A stretch of 64,000 bases of DNA from Vicugna vicugna (lineage: Eukaryota), in contig MU058669.1 of NCBI GenBank assembly GCA_013265495.1, forward strand, positions 248,001-312,000, written 5' to 3'. Shown here in pieces: positions 63,670 to 64,000 of this stretch. Both the position numbers and the translations under genes were made by a program. A model generated the notes under the pieces. That model was not told the DNA's origin, did no database searches, and was given only the letters and a program-made list of their open reading frames with translations. Position 1 is the stretch's first letter. Each line of letters begins with the position of its first letter.

Positions 63670-64000
63670 AGGTGGGACCCAATATCTTCTTTAATCTACT
63701 TCTCTCTTTCCTGTCTCCACCAAAGAGGCCCAAAATCAGAACACTCACATTCCCTACCACCCTTGTAGATACAGGTGCCCATATGTCAGAGTTCTGGCCA
63801 AAAGTCTCTGGAGAGACTTTCCTGAAAAAGAAAGCAAAGTCTTCAAAGGAAGAGGCTTTGTTCTCTTTGCCCCTCTTCCTTCTTCCTGCCTGGAAGGTAG
63901 ACTTTCCAGAGGTACAGCAGCCATTTTATGACCATGAGGATGAGGAAGCAGGAAGAGAGAAGCCTGGTTCTCCCATGACAGACTCAAGCAGCTGTACCAA
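63670..64000. mobile_element. Old ERVL-type LTR (LTR16/MLT-like), cut off by the window end
   Basis: gagttctggccaa…cttccttcttcctgcctggaa…cagcagccattttatgaccatgagg. Confidence 0.5.

Larger units (their letters stand above)
1..64000 (-). other. GALNT10: Partial GALNT10 transcription unit (three internal exons plus introns); both ends lie outside the window
   Basis: Three in-phase exons in correct order on the minus strand. Introns 12257-15968 (3712 bp) and 7118-12072 (4955 bp) are GT-AG. Neither the preceding exon (TSIIIPFHNEGW...VDDFSD) nor the following exon (VWMCGG...) was found by eye. Confidence 0.9.

Noticed and set aside
1..64000. A novel multi-gene system, CRISPR array, prophage or horizontally acquired cassette
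   Set aside because: The DNA is ordinary mammalian intron throughout. There are no regularly spaced repeats, no dense ORF block and no foreign-looking segment.

Overview
This is mammalian intronic DNA from the middle of GALNT10 (polypeptide N-acetylgalactosaminyltransferase 10), which runs on the minus strand. Three consecutive coding exons are present: 15969-16154 (186 nt), 12073-12256 (184 nt) and 7000-7117 (118 nt). They correspond to about exons 5-7 by recalled human numbering. All have canonical AG/GT ends and compatible phases, and together they encode the catalytic core (DSH = DxH motif; WGGEQ motif). I found no other GALNT10 exon by eye, so 16155-64000 appears to be one intron of more than 47 kb. 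The rest is the usual eutherian repeat mix: MIR, L2, CR1/L3, old L1M, MaLR LTRs, and hAT/Tigger MITEs. Younger elements include tRNA-Ala-derived vic-1-like SINEs, which point to a camelid, two intact ERV1-type solo LTRs with 4-bp target-site duplications (TSDs), and truncated young L1 3' ends. I see no support for a new multi-gene biological system, and almost all ORFs in the track are chance ORFs. The most unusual item is a 30-nt antisense 5S rRNA fragment fused to the 5' end of a truncated L1 inside one TSD pair (34331-34360). Other items worth checking are a head-to-head L1 inverted repeat, a twin-primed L1 in a nested repeat cluster, an in-frame alternative 5' splice site and a strong CTCF motif. 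Repeat family names come from recalled consensus sequences, not from a search, and boundaries of old repeats are approximate.
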